NCBI GenBank assembly: GCA_009914755.4
Contig: CP086569.2
Span: forward strand, 15,680,001 to 15,744,000
DNA from: the human T2T-CHM13v2.0 reference genome, Homo sapiens
Reading direction: 5' to 3'
DNA length: 64,000 nt
The notes beneath the pieces were generated by a model, which worked only from the letters and a program-made list of their open reading frames with translations, had not been told where the DNA came from and ran no database searches. Shown here piece by piece: positions 52,891 to 64,000 of the stretch; the first letter of the stretch is position 1, and each line of letters starts with the position of its first letter. A program made the translations under genes and the position numbers.

Positions 52891-53164
52891 TCTTTCTTTT
52901 CTTTTTTTTTTTTTTTTTTTGAGACGGAGTCTCACTCTGTCACTCAGGCAGGAGTGCAGCATCATGATCTTCACTCATGTCAACCTCTGTCTCCCAGTTT
53001 TAAAATGATTGTCCTGCGTCAGCTTCCCAAGTAGCTGGGCTTACAGGTGACCATCACCATGCCCAGCTAATTTTTCTATTTTTAGTAGAGATGGTTTTTT
53101 ACCATATTGGCCAAGCTGGTCTCAAACTTCTTGACCTGATGTGATCCGCCTGCCTCAGCCTCTG
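52891..53164 (-). mobile_element. Alu, minus orientation, with a 30-nt poly-T lead
   Basis: T30 is followed by gagacggagtctcactctgtcactcaggcaggagtgcagcatcatgatc ... tgatccgcctgcctcagcctctgg. Confidence 0.9.
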
Positions 53165-53188
53165 GAATTGTTATTTATTAAAGTTATC

Positions 53189-53505
53189 AGCTGGGTAAGG
53201 TGGCTCATGCCTGTTATCCCAGCAGTTTGGGAAGCTGAGTGGGGAGTATGGCTTGAGCCCAGGAGTTTGAGCCCAGCCTGTGCAACTTAGTGAGACCACA
53301 TTTATACAAAAATAAATAAATAAAAACAAGCCAGGGCTGGTGGTGGACGCCTGTGGTCTCAGTTGCTTGGGAGGCTGAGGAGGGAGGATCACTTGAGCCA
53401 GGGAGGTCAAGTCTTCAGTGAGCTCTGAAGGTGTCACTGCACTTCACCCTGGGTGGCAGAGAGAGACCCTGTCTAAACATAAAGAAATAAAATTAAAAAA
53501 ATACC
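53189..53505 (+). mobile_element. Alu (+), diverged, with an A-rich tail
   Basis: agctgggtaaggtggctcatgcctgttatcccagcagtttgggaagctgagtggggagtatggcttgagcccaggagtttgagc ... cagagagagaccctgtct is read directly. Confidence 0.85.
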
Positions 53506-54060
53506 TTTCTTTAAAGTAACTGCAGGACTTTCTTCACTTCCTGCACCATCTGAACAAGTTTCTAGATCACTATGCTCCTCAGTGTCTTCTTTAGCAAGAT
53601 AGGACAGATGAGGATTTCCTAAAATCCTCCAAACTCTGAATTCCTTGAGTTCGTAGTTCATAATGTTTTGCCCAGGAGACCAAATGACTTTTGACCTCAA
53701 ACTAGTGCTAATAACAGGGAAGAGGAAAGGCTCATATTTGTAGTAACTTTATTTTAAAAACAGGAACAATGAATAATCTGATGAACCATTTGGCATAGAG
53801 ATTTCTATGGCATTTTTGAAAATACATAGATATTCACATTTCTCAGTTGATATGACAGTTGTAGATTTAGAAAGCAGTCAGAACCAACTTCAGGAGTAAT
53901 GAAACACATGTAAGCCACACTAATTAGAGGAAAGTGTTAATTATTTAAGTCAGCAGGTTGGAAGTTATTATTTGCTGCAAAAATACCTTTTTGTTGGTCA
54001 TTTATGCAAGGCAGTGCTTCTAAACAGCCCATCAGTATTATCAAGAATTTTGAAAAATAT

Positions 54061-54382
<322 letters not shown>

Positions 54383-54811
54383 TTAGGAATTCTAGTCTAA
54401 TGAAGGCAAAGTACCTGTGGAAAGAGACAGTTTTATGAAGATATTCACCCCAGTATTATTATCATAGCAAAGAATGAAATGGAAAAGCTACAAGATCAAA
54501 AGGAGATGAAAGTTATTAGAAACCATATGCAATAACTCAAAAGAATAATAATTTACCTAAGATATTCAACAGCTGGAAAAATGCAGTGTAGACAACTATA
54601 TAAATATTGGGCTCAGCTATTCAAAACAATGTTTGAATGGAAGAGAAAGATGTAAGAAAGAATTATGTTAATTCCCAACATACTCATTTTGCTAAGGTGA
54701 GTTTTGCTTTAATGTTTGACTTATGGGTGATTTTTTTTCATTATCCAAGTTTTTTAGTGTCATCAGGAGTTATATTACTTTCCTAACATACAAATAACTG
54801 TTTTATATATG

Positions 54812-54925
54812 TTACTTATATATATGTGTGTGTGTATATATATATGTGTGTGTGTATATATATGTGTGTGTGTATATATATGTGTGTGTATATATATGTG
54901 AGTATATATATATATACACACAAAA
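54812..54925. repeat. Compound (TATATA)(TGTGTG) microsatellite, unit of about 16 bp repeated 5 times
   Basis: tatatatgtgtgtgtgtatatatatatgtgtgtgtgtatatatatgtgtgtgtgtatatatatgtgtgtgtatatatatgtgagtatatatatatatacacac is read directly. Confidence 0.9.
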
Positions 54926-55587
54926 ATATGCTGCTACCTAGATTATTGCCAGTAGTTATAAGAAGGGTAGGAAAGGAACATCTCAGAGCATTTTTATCTA
55001 ATTCTGAATGTTTTAACTAATGAAAGTATCCAACAGATTACATATTGACATTTTTTTCTTTTGGACATTTTAAAATAATCTTCAGAGCCAAGTACTCAAG
55101 TCAATACTTGTACATTTCTGACAGAAATGTTTCCAAGATGGCTTTGCTGACATAATGGTTAAAGCCATATTGGTTTCAAGTTGCAGTCCTGTGTGTCATC
55201 TTTGGGCAATCCTTTAGTCTTTAAAAATCATATCTTCCTGATGACAATCACATTTTCCTCATATTTGATTGCTTCCATGACATGAAAAATCAACACGGCA
55301 TCTGGACTTACAGCTGAATGCTTTATTCTTTAGTGCCTGACTCAGTCTGGGATTTACAGAAACGTCAGGAAGTGATCGTAAATGGAATGCTGTGATTTTT
55401 ACGGCCTGCCGTCTCTTGTCCTGTTATGATTAAAAATACAGATTTTATACTTCTGGACATTCATGTAGTAGACTGAGCTGATGGAGAATTTTAAGCTATA
55501 CAGAATTTTACTCCTAAAATTGCCCATGCTTTTTCAAGTTTCTCACCAAGTGGAGAATTTTTCCTATGTGGCAAAAAAATAAAAAAA

Positions 55588-55620
<33 letters not shown>

Positions 55621-56063
55621 ATCTCTGAGTTACCAGTGGATATAGTTTTGAAGAAAATGACAAAAAATACTTGTTAGTTGGGTACCTGGTTGAGGATTAG
55701 GCATAGCTAAGCTAATGCATTTACATTAATTCCCAAACCGTAATATCTTCATTAGACGCAGGGTAGAAATGCATTTCTAAATTAGCACTCTGAAATTCAT
55801 TCAACTGGATTTATTTTTTCCCATAATGAAGAGACACCTGGATTTGTTTGTGAGACAAGATAGCCTTTGATCTTTTACTAGTTTAAGGCCTGTTTTTTTG
55901 TTTGTTTATTTTCCCCTTTGGAAATGGGAATGTAGTTGCTGTTGCATTTTTATGTATGGCATCTGAAGGTAAGGAAGCAAAAATGACACTAAATTGTGGA
56001 AGAAAAAAAGAAATCACATGTATTTTACCAGTGCACGAAAAGCCTCAATGTGGTTTCATTTCC

Positions 56064-56093
56064 TTAAACTCGTGTGTGTGTGTGTGTGTGTGT
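56064..56093. repeat. (TG)15 dinucleotide microsatellite about 200 bp upstream of the exon at 56293
   Basis: ctcgtgtgtgtgtgtgtgtgtgtgtgtagaataac is read directly. Confidence 0.95.
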
Positions 56094-56174
56094 AGAATAA
56101 CATTCCCTAAAATGAATGTTCAGGGGGAGGGAATCAAAATGAAAATGGGTAAAAGAGCCCTCTGACAGAGCTGA

Positions 56175-57254
<1,080 letters not shown>

Positions 57255-57445
57255 TGAGAACTCAAATTTTCTTTATTACCAAAGTGTTTTACTCCTAAAA
57301 CACTTTAGTGTCAAACCAGATTTTTACTAGATTTCTAATTGCCCATTAGAAATTCTAGAATTCCTACTTGCAGGTGCAGGACTTACACATATATAATGGT
57401 TTTGTTAACAGCTGATCACTTTTGTTTTTGTTCTTACTGTTGTTG

Positions 57446-57945
57446 AAGAGACACAGTCTCACTCTGCTGTCCAGGCTGGTGTGCAGTGATACAACATAGC
57501 ACACTACAGCCTTGAACTCCTAGGCTCAAGCCATTCTCCTGCCTCAGCCTCCTGAGTAGCTTGGATTACAGGTGACTGCCATGGCTGGCTAATGTTTATT
57601 TTTTTTATTTTTTTGTAGAGACAAGTTCTCACTCTGTTGTCTAGGCTGGAGTGCAATGGTGCAAGCATAGCTCACGGTGGCCTAGAAATCATGGATTTAT
57701 TTGATCCTCACATCTCAGCATCTCAAGCAGCTGGGACTACAGACATGCACCACCATGCCCTTGCATGGATTTTTGTAGAGACAGGGTTTCCTATGTTGCC
57801 CAAGCTGTTCTGAAACTCCTGGTCTCAACGGATCCTCCCTCCTCACCCTTCTGAATAGCTGGGACTACAGGTGAATGCCACCATACCCAGCTAATTTTAA
57901 AATTTATTTTGTTAGAAACAGGATTTTGCTATGTCACCTGAGCTA
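57446..57945 (-). mobile_element. Cluster of partial Alu copies (at least 3 fragments) in minus orientation
   Basis: gagacacagtctcactctgctgtccaggctggtgtgcagtg..., ttgtagagacaagttctcactctgttgtctaggctggagtgcaatgg... and ttgtagagacagggtttcctatgttgcccaagctgttctgaaactcctggtctc... are all Alu reverse complements. Confidence 0.8.
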
Positions 57946-57999
57946 CCACTTGGGGAATTGTTTAGATTGCCTGACCATATGAATACAAACAATTGTCAC

Positions 58000-58400
58000 A
58001 ATATTTATAGAGAAATATAAATAAATATTCCTATATATATTTAACATATATAGAGAGAAAAGAACTATTCCCATATGTATAATATATATATTATATATAT
58101 ATTTGCATTTGTATATATATACACATAAATACCAGTATATTTCTGTGTATATACATATACAAATAGTAATATATATATACTATATATGCATATACAATAT
58201 ATAATATAGAAATACAAACAACTACAAATATATACATACTATATATACAAGTACAAATTTATGTACATATACATATATATTTGTATTTCCTTTGCTGTAT
58301 AAATAGATAGAGAGCAAAGAAAAATATATGATATTTATATTATATTGTTATATGTCATGCATATATAAACACATACACACACATATGTCACAGGAAAGCT
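58000..58400. repeat. AT-rich low complexity with TA, TATG and ATAC microsatellite variants
   Basis: Runs of atatatat, tatacata and catatata are visible. Confidence 0.8.
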
Positions 58401-59089
58401 CATTTATTGACCTAAATATAGTAGAAAATATACAAAAAACACACATACAACAGAGACTGCCAATATTCTACTGAGTGGATTCTCTTCAAACCATGGGAGA
58501 AAAGAAACAAAAGCATCCTAAATAGGTCCAAATATTGTGGCATCTTTTAATTTTCTCCTGTCTAATAATGTAACTATGGAAATCAATGGAGTATCATTCT
58601 GTTCTACCTGTGTGTGCCACCATCATCCACCCTGAGTTTCTTTAAACTGAATAGAAGAGCAACATGTGCATGTCACCCAGGGAGGGTCAATCTTCCCATG
58701 TGGAATGAGGCTCTCAGACTGCAGTGGCCCTGCCATGCATGAGCTGTACACAGTAATTCTGATAAGATCAGAGGACACGATTTTTGTTTGTTTGTTTGGT
58801 TGGTTGGTTTTTTTGGCAAACATATAGCATGTTAGCATGTTTTTGAAGTGGAAAATGTATCATCTGGATATCAACTTTCCAAAATCAGACTGTGTAGATT
58901 TGGTCTGAGAATGGCTACCAGGAGGAGAACAGAGGAGGGACCAACAGTTGTTGGAGATGCTCGTCTATCACTGAAAGGTTCTTTCCTGCATGAAGAAATG
59001 ATTTAAATCAAATTCATATTTTTTTTCTAAGTAAACCTTGTTTATTAGTTAGCTTGGGCTGCTGTTACCAGAGTGCCAAAATCTGTATG

Positions 59090-59222
59090 GCTGTGCCGGG
59101 CAGAGTGGCTTATGCCTGTAACCCCAGCACTTTGGGAGGCCAAGGCCGGAGGACTGCCTAAGGAGGTCAAGAGTTTAAGACAACCCTGGGCAACATAGTG
59201 AGAGTCTGTCTCTACAAAACAA
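59090..59222 (+). mobile_element. Alu left-monomer fragment (FLAM-like), +
   Basis: ggctgtgccgggcagagtggcttatgcctgtaaccccagcactttgggaggccaaggccggaggactgcctaaggaggtcaagagtttaagacaaccctgggcaacatagtgagagtctgtctctacaaaac is read directly. Confidence 0.8.
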
Positions 59223-59223
59223 A

Positions 59224-60444
59224 TGATGCCCCACAAGCCGCAAAAACCAGCAAGTTTTTATTAGGGATTTTCAAAAGGGGAGGGAGTGTGCAAATAGGTG
59301 TGGGTCACAGACATCAAGTACTTTACAAGGTAATGGAATATCACAAGGCAAATGGAGGCAGGGTGAGATCACAGGACCACGGCAGCGGGGCGAAATTAAA
59401 ATTGCTAATGAAGTTTCGAGCACCATTGTCATTGACAACATCTTATCAGGAGACAGGGTTTTGAGAGCAACTGGTCTGACCAAATATTTATTAGGCAGGA
59501 ATTTCCTCTTCCTAATAAGCCTGGGAGCGCTATGGGAGACTGGGGTCTATTTCACCCCTACGGCCTCAACCATAAGAGATGGGCTCACCTAGGGGGGCTG
59601 TTTATAGGCCTATACTTCCAGGCGAGTATTCTCTTTCCCAGGGATGTTCCTTGCTGAGAAAAAGAATTCAGCAATATTTTTCCCATTTGCTTTTGAAAGA
59701 AGAGAAATATGGCTCTGTTCCGTCTGGCTCACTGGCAGTCAGAGTTTAAGGTTATCTCTCTTATTCCCTGAACAATTGCTGTTATCCTGTTCTTTTTTCA
59801 AGGTGCCCAGATTTCATATTGTTTAAACGCACATGTTCTACAATTTGTGCAGTTAATGCAATTATTACATGGTCTTGAGGCAACATACATCCTCATCAGC
59901 TGACAGGATTAAGAAATTAAAGTAAAGACAACATAGGAAATCACAAGCGTATTGATTGGGGAAGTGATAAGTGCCCATGAAATCTTTACAATTTATGTTT
60001 AGAGATTGCAGTAAAGGCAGGCATAAGAAATTATAAAAATATTAATTTGGGGAACAAATAAATGTCCATGAAATCTTCAGAATCCATGTTCTTCTGCCAT
60101 GGCTTCAGCCAGTCCCTCCGTTTGGTGTCCCTGACTTCCCACAACACTCAGTATTAGGGTGGGAGTGATCCAATGTCCCAGGTGCCATCTGTTACCCCTT
60201 TCTTTGACTAGGAAAGGGAATTCCCTGACCCCTTGCACTTCCCAGGTGAGGCGATGCCTCGCCCTGCTTCAGCTCACACTTGGTGCGCTGCACCCACTGT
60301 CCTGTGACCACTGTCCGACACTCCCCAGTGAGATGAACCCGGTACCTCAGTTGGAAATGCAGAAATCACCCGTCTTCTACATCGCTCATGCTGGGAGCTG
60401 TAGACTGGAGCTGTTCCTATGCAGCCATCTTGGCTCCACCTACC
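59224..60444 (-). mobile_element. Solo ERV LTR, about 1.2 kb, class II (HERV-K-type, MER11/LTR13-like), minus orientation, with an internal tandem duplication of about 110 bp
   Basis: The sense strand (reverse complement) begins tggtaggtggagccaagatggctgcataggaacagctccagtctacagctcccagcatgagcgatgtagaagacgggtgatttctgcatttccaactgaggtaccgggttcatctcac. It ends ...ccccttttgaaaatccctaataaaaacttgctggtttttgcggcttgtggggcatca, with a poly-A signal near the 3' end and TG...CA termini. An internal duplication covers about 59905-60010 and 60025-60100, each copy containing aagaaatta...ttgattggggaagtgataagtgcccatgaaatctt or a variant. Confidence 0.7.
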
Positions 60445-61830
60445 AGTCTTCATATATTTTATAGAACCATTAAAACAATAGTGAAATCTAAATAATGCTG
60501 TTAAATTCTCATTAACTCCTCCTGACTCCCAAAGGCTATGATACTGAGGCTGGCTATGTCACTATTAAAAAAAAAAAAAAAGAAAAAAAAAGATACGAAA
60601 AGATAAAGGAAGTTAAATCATTTTATGAGGTGACTATTATCATGACTGGCATCAAATGGATGCTTTTACCAAGATATCATGAAAGTCTGAAAGAGCCGTG
60701 AGAATACCAGTGATCTCTCTGTTACTGAGTGCTTTTTAATGCCATGAATCTATTTCTTAAAGTCACCTGGTTTAGAGCCTGTGATTTCCACCCTGCATTT
60801 AGGGAGTACATTCACATTGCCATTTATGGTCTGTGTTGAGGGTGCTTCTAGCTTTTGTGAAGGCCCTGACATCACCGGAAGAGAGGAGGAAGGAAAAACC
60901 ACTAGAACCACCAGAGCAGAGATTCTCTGATGCTACTCAAATTAAAAACTTCAGATAGAGAGTTCACTGAGGTAATGAGAGCCTGAATGTCAGTCTGTCT
61001 GAAGTCTCTATTTTTGTTTCTTCCATCCATAGGAAACATCCCTGAAATAACAGAGTGTATTAATGCAGTGAGTTCTTTTGTTTCATTAGAAATGTATTAG
61101 AATGACTCAAATGATTCATCAAGGAAGTTACTCAGAACTTACATGTCATGTGAAATGCATGATGTGGATTCAAATATAAATGTTTTAAGTGATCACACTT
61201 GTTTGGCAGCCCTATAAGAGAAAGAAATGAGGAATTTCACTGTTGCTAGTTATTTGCTTATTGTAAACTGGATGGTGGCCTGATCCCTCCAGGGCAGAGA
61301 AAGATTCCCTGGTCGTCAGGTGCAGAGAACAAATGAAACTGATACCTGTAAGGAGAAAACATGGGATGTATCTCATCTGCTGTCATGGTGTGACCTGGCA
61401 AGTTTAACACCATTCTACAGAGCACACACTCAGACAATGACTCACAGAAAAGGAGAGGGTATTTCTGCATATCCTCACTGTTCCCTTCCAGCACTGGAGG
61501 TGACAAGAGGAAACAAGAATAGCTCCCAGCGTGTCTGTCAGTACACAGTGCTGTGGAGAGAGGATCACATTGTGCCAAGACATACTTCCCCACTCTCAGT
61601 GGTCATCATGTCATGTGTTTTAAACCTGCAGGCATAGCACAGTCTCCTGATGACAAATGTTTGTGGAGATGAAGTGGATGGTGCCTGGATGCTTCTTTAC
61701 AGACATCTCAAAGCAGATGGTTCTGATTCTTACTATGAGTTTAAAAGTACATATACCTGGTATGCATATACCTTTGGAATTTGGATGATCACAGAAAAAT
61801 GATGTTGGAATGTGCATGTCAGGAAAAATT

Positions 61831-62426
61831 AGGAAGGGAGGATGAAGGGACTGAAGGAAGGAGAGTTGTGATGAAGGAAAGAAGGGAAGGAGGGAGGAAG
61901 GAGGGAGGAGGGGTGGGAGGGAAAGAAGAGAGAGAGAGGAAGGGAGGGAAAGAAGGAAGGAAGAAGGAAGGGAGGGAATCAAGAAAGGAGTAAAGGAAGG
62001 GAGGAAGTAAGGAAAGAAAGAGGGAAGAGGGAGAAGAGAAATGAAAGATGTAAGAAGGGAAGGAAGGTGAAAGGAAGGAAGGGAGGAAGGAAGGGAGGAA
62101 GGAAGGAAGAAAAGAAGGAAGCAAAGAAAAGAAAGTGAGAGAAAAGAAAGAGAGGAAGGGAGGAGGAAGAAAGAAGAGAGGAAGGAAGGAAAGAGAGATT
62201 AGGGAGAGAGGCAAGGATAAAAATGGATGGAGACAAAAAAGAAGGAAGGGAGAGAGGAAGGAAGGAAGAGAGGGAGAAAAAAGAGGGAATGGAGGAGGAG
62301 AGGAAGAAAGGATTGAGGGAAGGGAGGGATGGGTAAGGGAAAGAAGAAAAACAGGGAAAGGGAGGGTGAGAGATAAAAGAGGGAAGGGAGTAGGGGAGGA
62401 AGGAAAGAAGGAGGGAGGGAGGGACA
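61831..62426 (+). repeat. About 600-bp polypurine GGAA/GGGA/GAAA-rich tract; it is purine-rich in the sense pre-mRNA
   Basis: The + strand is almost exclusively A and G (ggaagggaggatgaagggactgaaggaaggagag...ggaaggaagggaggaaggaaggaagaaaagaaggaagc...gggaggaaggaaagaaggagggagggaggg). The artefactual ORFs 61819..62427 on the minus strand and 62135..62503 on the + strand encode low-complexity peptides. Confidence 0.9.
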
Positions 62427-63046
62427 ATTGGATCCTTGCTTACAAATCATGTCACCTGTATATTTTCATGTTAATATTAGGTAAGAGGGCCCTCCCATCT
62501 TAGAAAGGCAGATTCAGCAAGCACACACAGTAGAAATGAGAAGAAAGTTGCTGCAGAAGCTCTAAACCATGAAAGCCTTGATCAAGACAGGATGTTGAAA
62601 TCAGTGAATGTCAGGGCCTCAAATAATCCTTGCTATTTTTTAATTATTATTTTGAATAGGGAAGCAAGTGCCCAGGCCTGTGCCTGAGGGGGATTCTCCC
62701 CTGTAGCAAGGAGGTGTTTCAATGTTAGTCCAGGTCACGGGACTAAAATCATGCTTGAAGAGAACTGAGTAAGCCCAAACATGCAAAGCCATTGTAGAAA
62801 TAAGGTAGATTAAAACCATTTTTGTAAATGAGAAGCACCATCAAGCAAAAGTGAAAACTAACTCTGAGGTTTGAAAGGGGCTCTAGAGAATTAAACTTAT
62901 TTTCCTCTAAAATTATTTGGGAAATAGGAGAAAAGGGGTTTGTCTAAGCTGATCAATAAAATGCAGGTGCCCATTGATCCAGGATTCTCTCATTTTGAGC
63001 TCTATGTGGAAAGAGATCGGCAAAAAGGAGTGGGGGAACCTTGGTC

Positions 63047-63347
63047 TTTTTTTTTTTTTTCTTCCGAGACAGAGTCTTTCTGTGTCACACAGGCTGGAGT
63101 GTGGTGGTGCGATCTCATGTGATATCAGCTCACTGCAACCTCCGCCTCTGGGTTCAAGCAATTATCCTGTCTCAGCATCCCAAGTAGCTGGGATTACAAG
63201 CTCCCATCAGTGTACCCAGCTAATTTTATTTTTAGTAGAAACAGGGTTTCACCATGTTGTCCTGGTCTCAAACTTCTGACCTCATGATCTGTGCACCCCA
63301 GCCTCTCTAAGTGCTGGGATTATAGGCTTGAGCCACTGCGCCCAGCC
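63047..63347 (-). mobile_element. Alu, minus orientation, with target-site duplication cttggtcttttt
   Basis: The poly-T lead and cttccgagacagagtctttctgtgtcacacaggctggagtgtggtggtgcgatctc ... ggcttgagccactgcgcccagcc are read directly. accttggtcttttt precedes it and aaatcttggtcttttt follows. Confidence 0.9.
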
Positions 63348-64000
63348 AAATCTTGGTCTTTTTATAAGATATGACAAAGAGCAGTGCTTTAAAGTAATCA
63401 AACAATACATTATAATATGTAATAGAAGAAGTTGTGTGCTATTGGAAGTCAGAAATGGGAAAAGAGTTTTGTAATGGAAAATCAGATCAACATGTATTTT
63501 CATTTTTTATGTTGTTGCACTGAGTCTGAGGCTTGTACATCAGATTGATTTCTATCTTTTTTGCATCAGACACCATCACTGCTGTTGAATGTTCTCTATT
63601 CTATCGATAATTTATATTCAACCATTGCTAAATCTGTTGAGGAAAAAAGAAGTCCCAATGAAGTGTTTAGCAGGGATTGGTTACAGAGAGTTGCAGCATA
63701 ATTCTAGTTGTAAAGGTGACCTTTAGTACCAAAAAGGGATTTTAAGCTGAATGAATGAACATCCTCCCCTGGTGTGGTGGAGGAGTCACTGAATGTATAA
63801 TAAACTAGTTTGCTAACAATGTTTTGGATATAAGGAAAACCTGTACTACTTAAAGGAACAGCTGAGAGTGTTCATGGATATTTTTAGAGAGATCATAGTA
63901 CTATATCCATCTCTAGCTAAAGAAATGAACAAGACCTTAGAAATGCACTTGAGTCTCTCCTGCCAAGATTACATCTCAAATAGAACAGGTGGAAATGGCT

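Noticed and set aside
59198-60464. + strand ORFs of 88 and 101 aa within the solo LTR
   Set aside because: LTRs are non-coding. These are short chance ORFs without protein similarity.
61819-62503. ORFs of 202 aa on the minus strand and 122 aa on the + strand
   Set aside because: They lie within the GGAA polypurine tract and encode low-complexity peptides: Ser/Leu/Pro/Phe-rich on the minus strand and Lys/Glu/Arg/Gly-rich on the + strand. This is an artefact.

Overview
This window is human (catarrhine primate) nuclear DNA from inside the neuroligin-4 gene. It is AT-rich and repeat-dense, with about 20 Alu copies, L1 3' ends, MaLR and ERV LTRs and microsatellites. Two coding exons lie on the + strand, 50777..50962 (186 bp) and 56293..57082 (790 bp), each bounded by canonical AG acceptor and GT donor sites. 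Translated and joined in frame, they give a neuroligin extracellular esterase-like domain, with [63 protein letters not shown] followed by [21 protein letters not shown]...[13 protein letters not shown] recognise the protein as NLGN4X, but the Y gametolog NLGN4Y is about 97% identical and cannot be excluded from this window. The neighbouring exons of the gene are not in the window. The intronic sequence holds an ERV9-like, gammaretrovirus-like provirus of about 7.7 kb in antisense orientation. It carries an LTR12-like 5' LTR with tandem CCAAT-box repeats, integrase, RNase H and RT remnants, and a 3' LTR with a large internal deletion. There is a solo ERV LTR of about 1.2 kb near 59.2-60.4 kb. 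A 160-bp tandem repeat abuts the first exon, and a (TG)15 tract lies about 200 bp upstream of the second exon. There are also a 400-bp polypyrimidine tract, a 600-bp GGAA-rich polypurine tract, and several young AluY insertions with intact target-site duplications. I found no prokaryotic-type genes, CRISPR arrays, tRNA or rRNA genes. I see no convincing sign of an undescribed biological system. The points worth a second look are structural and regulatory curiosities within an autism-linked gene.
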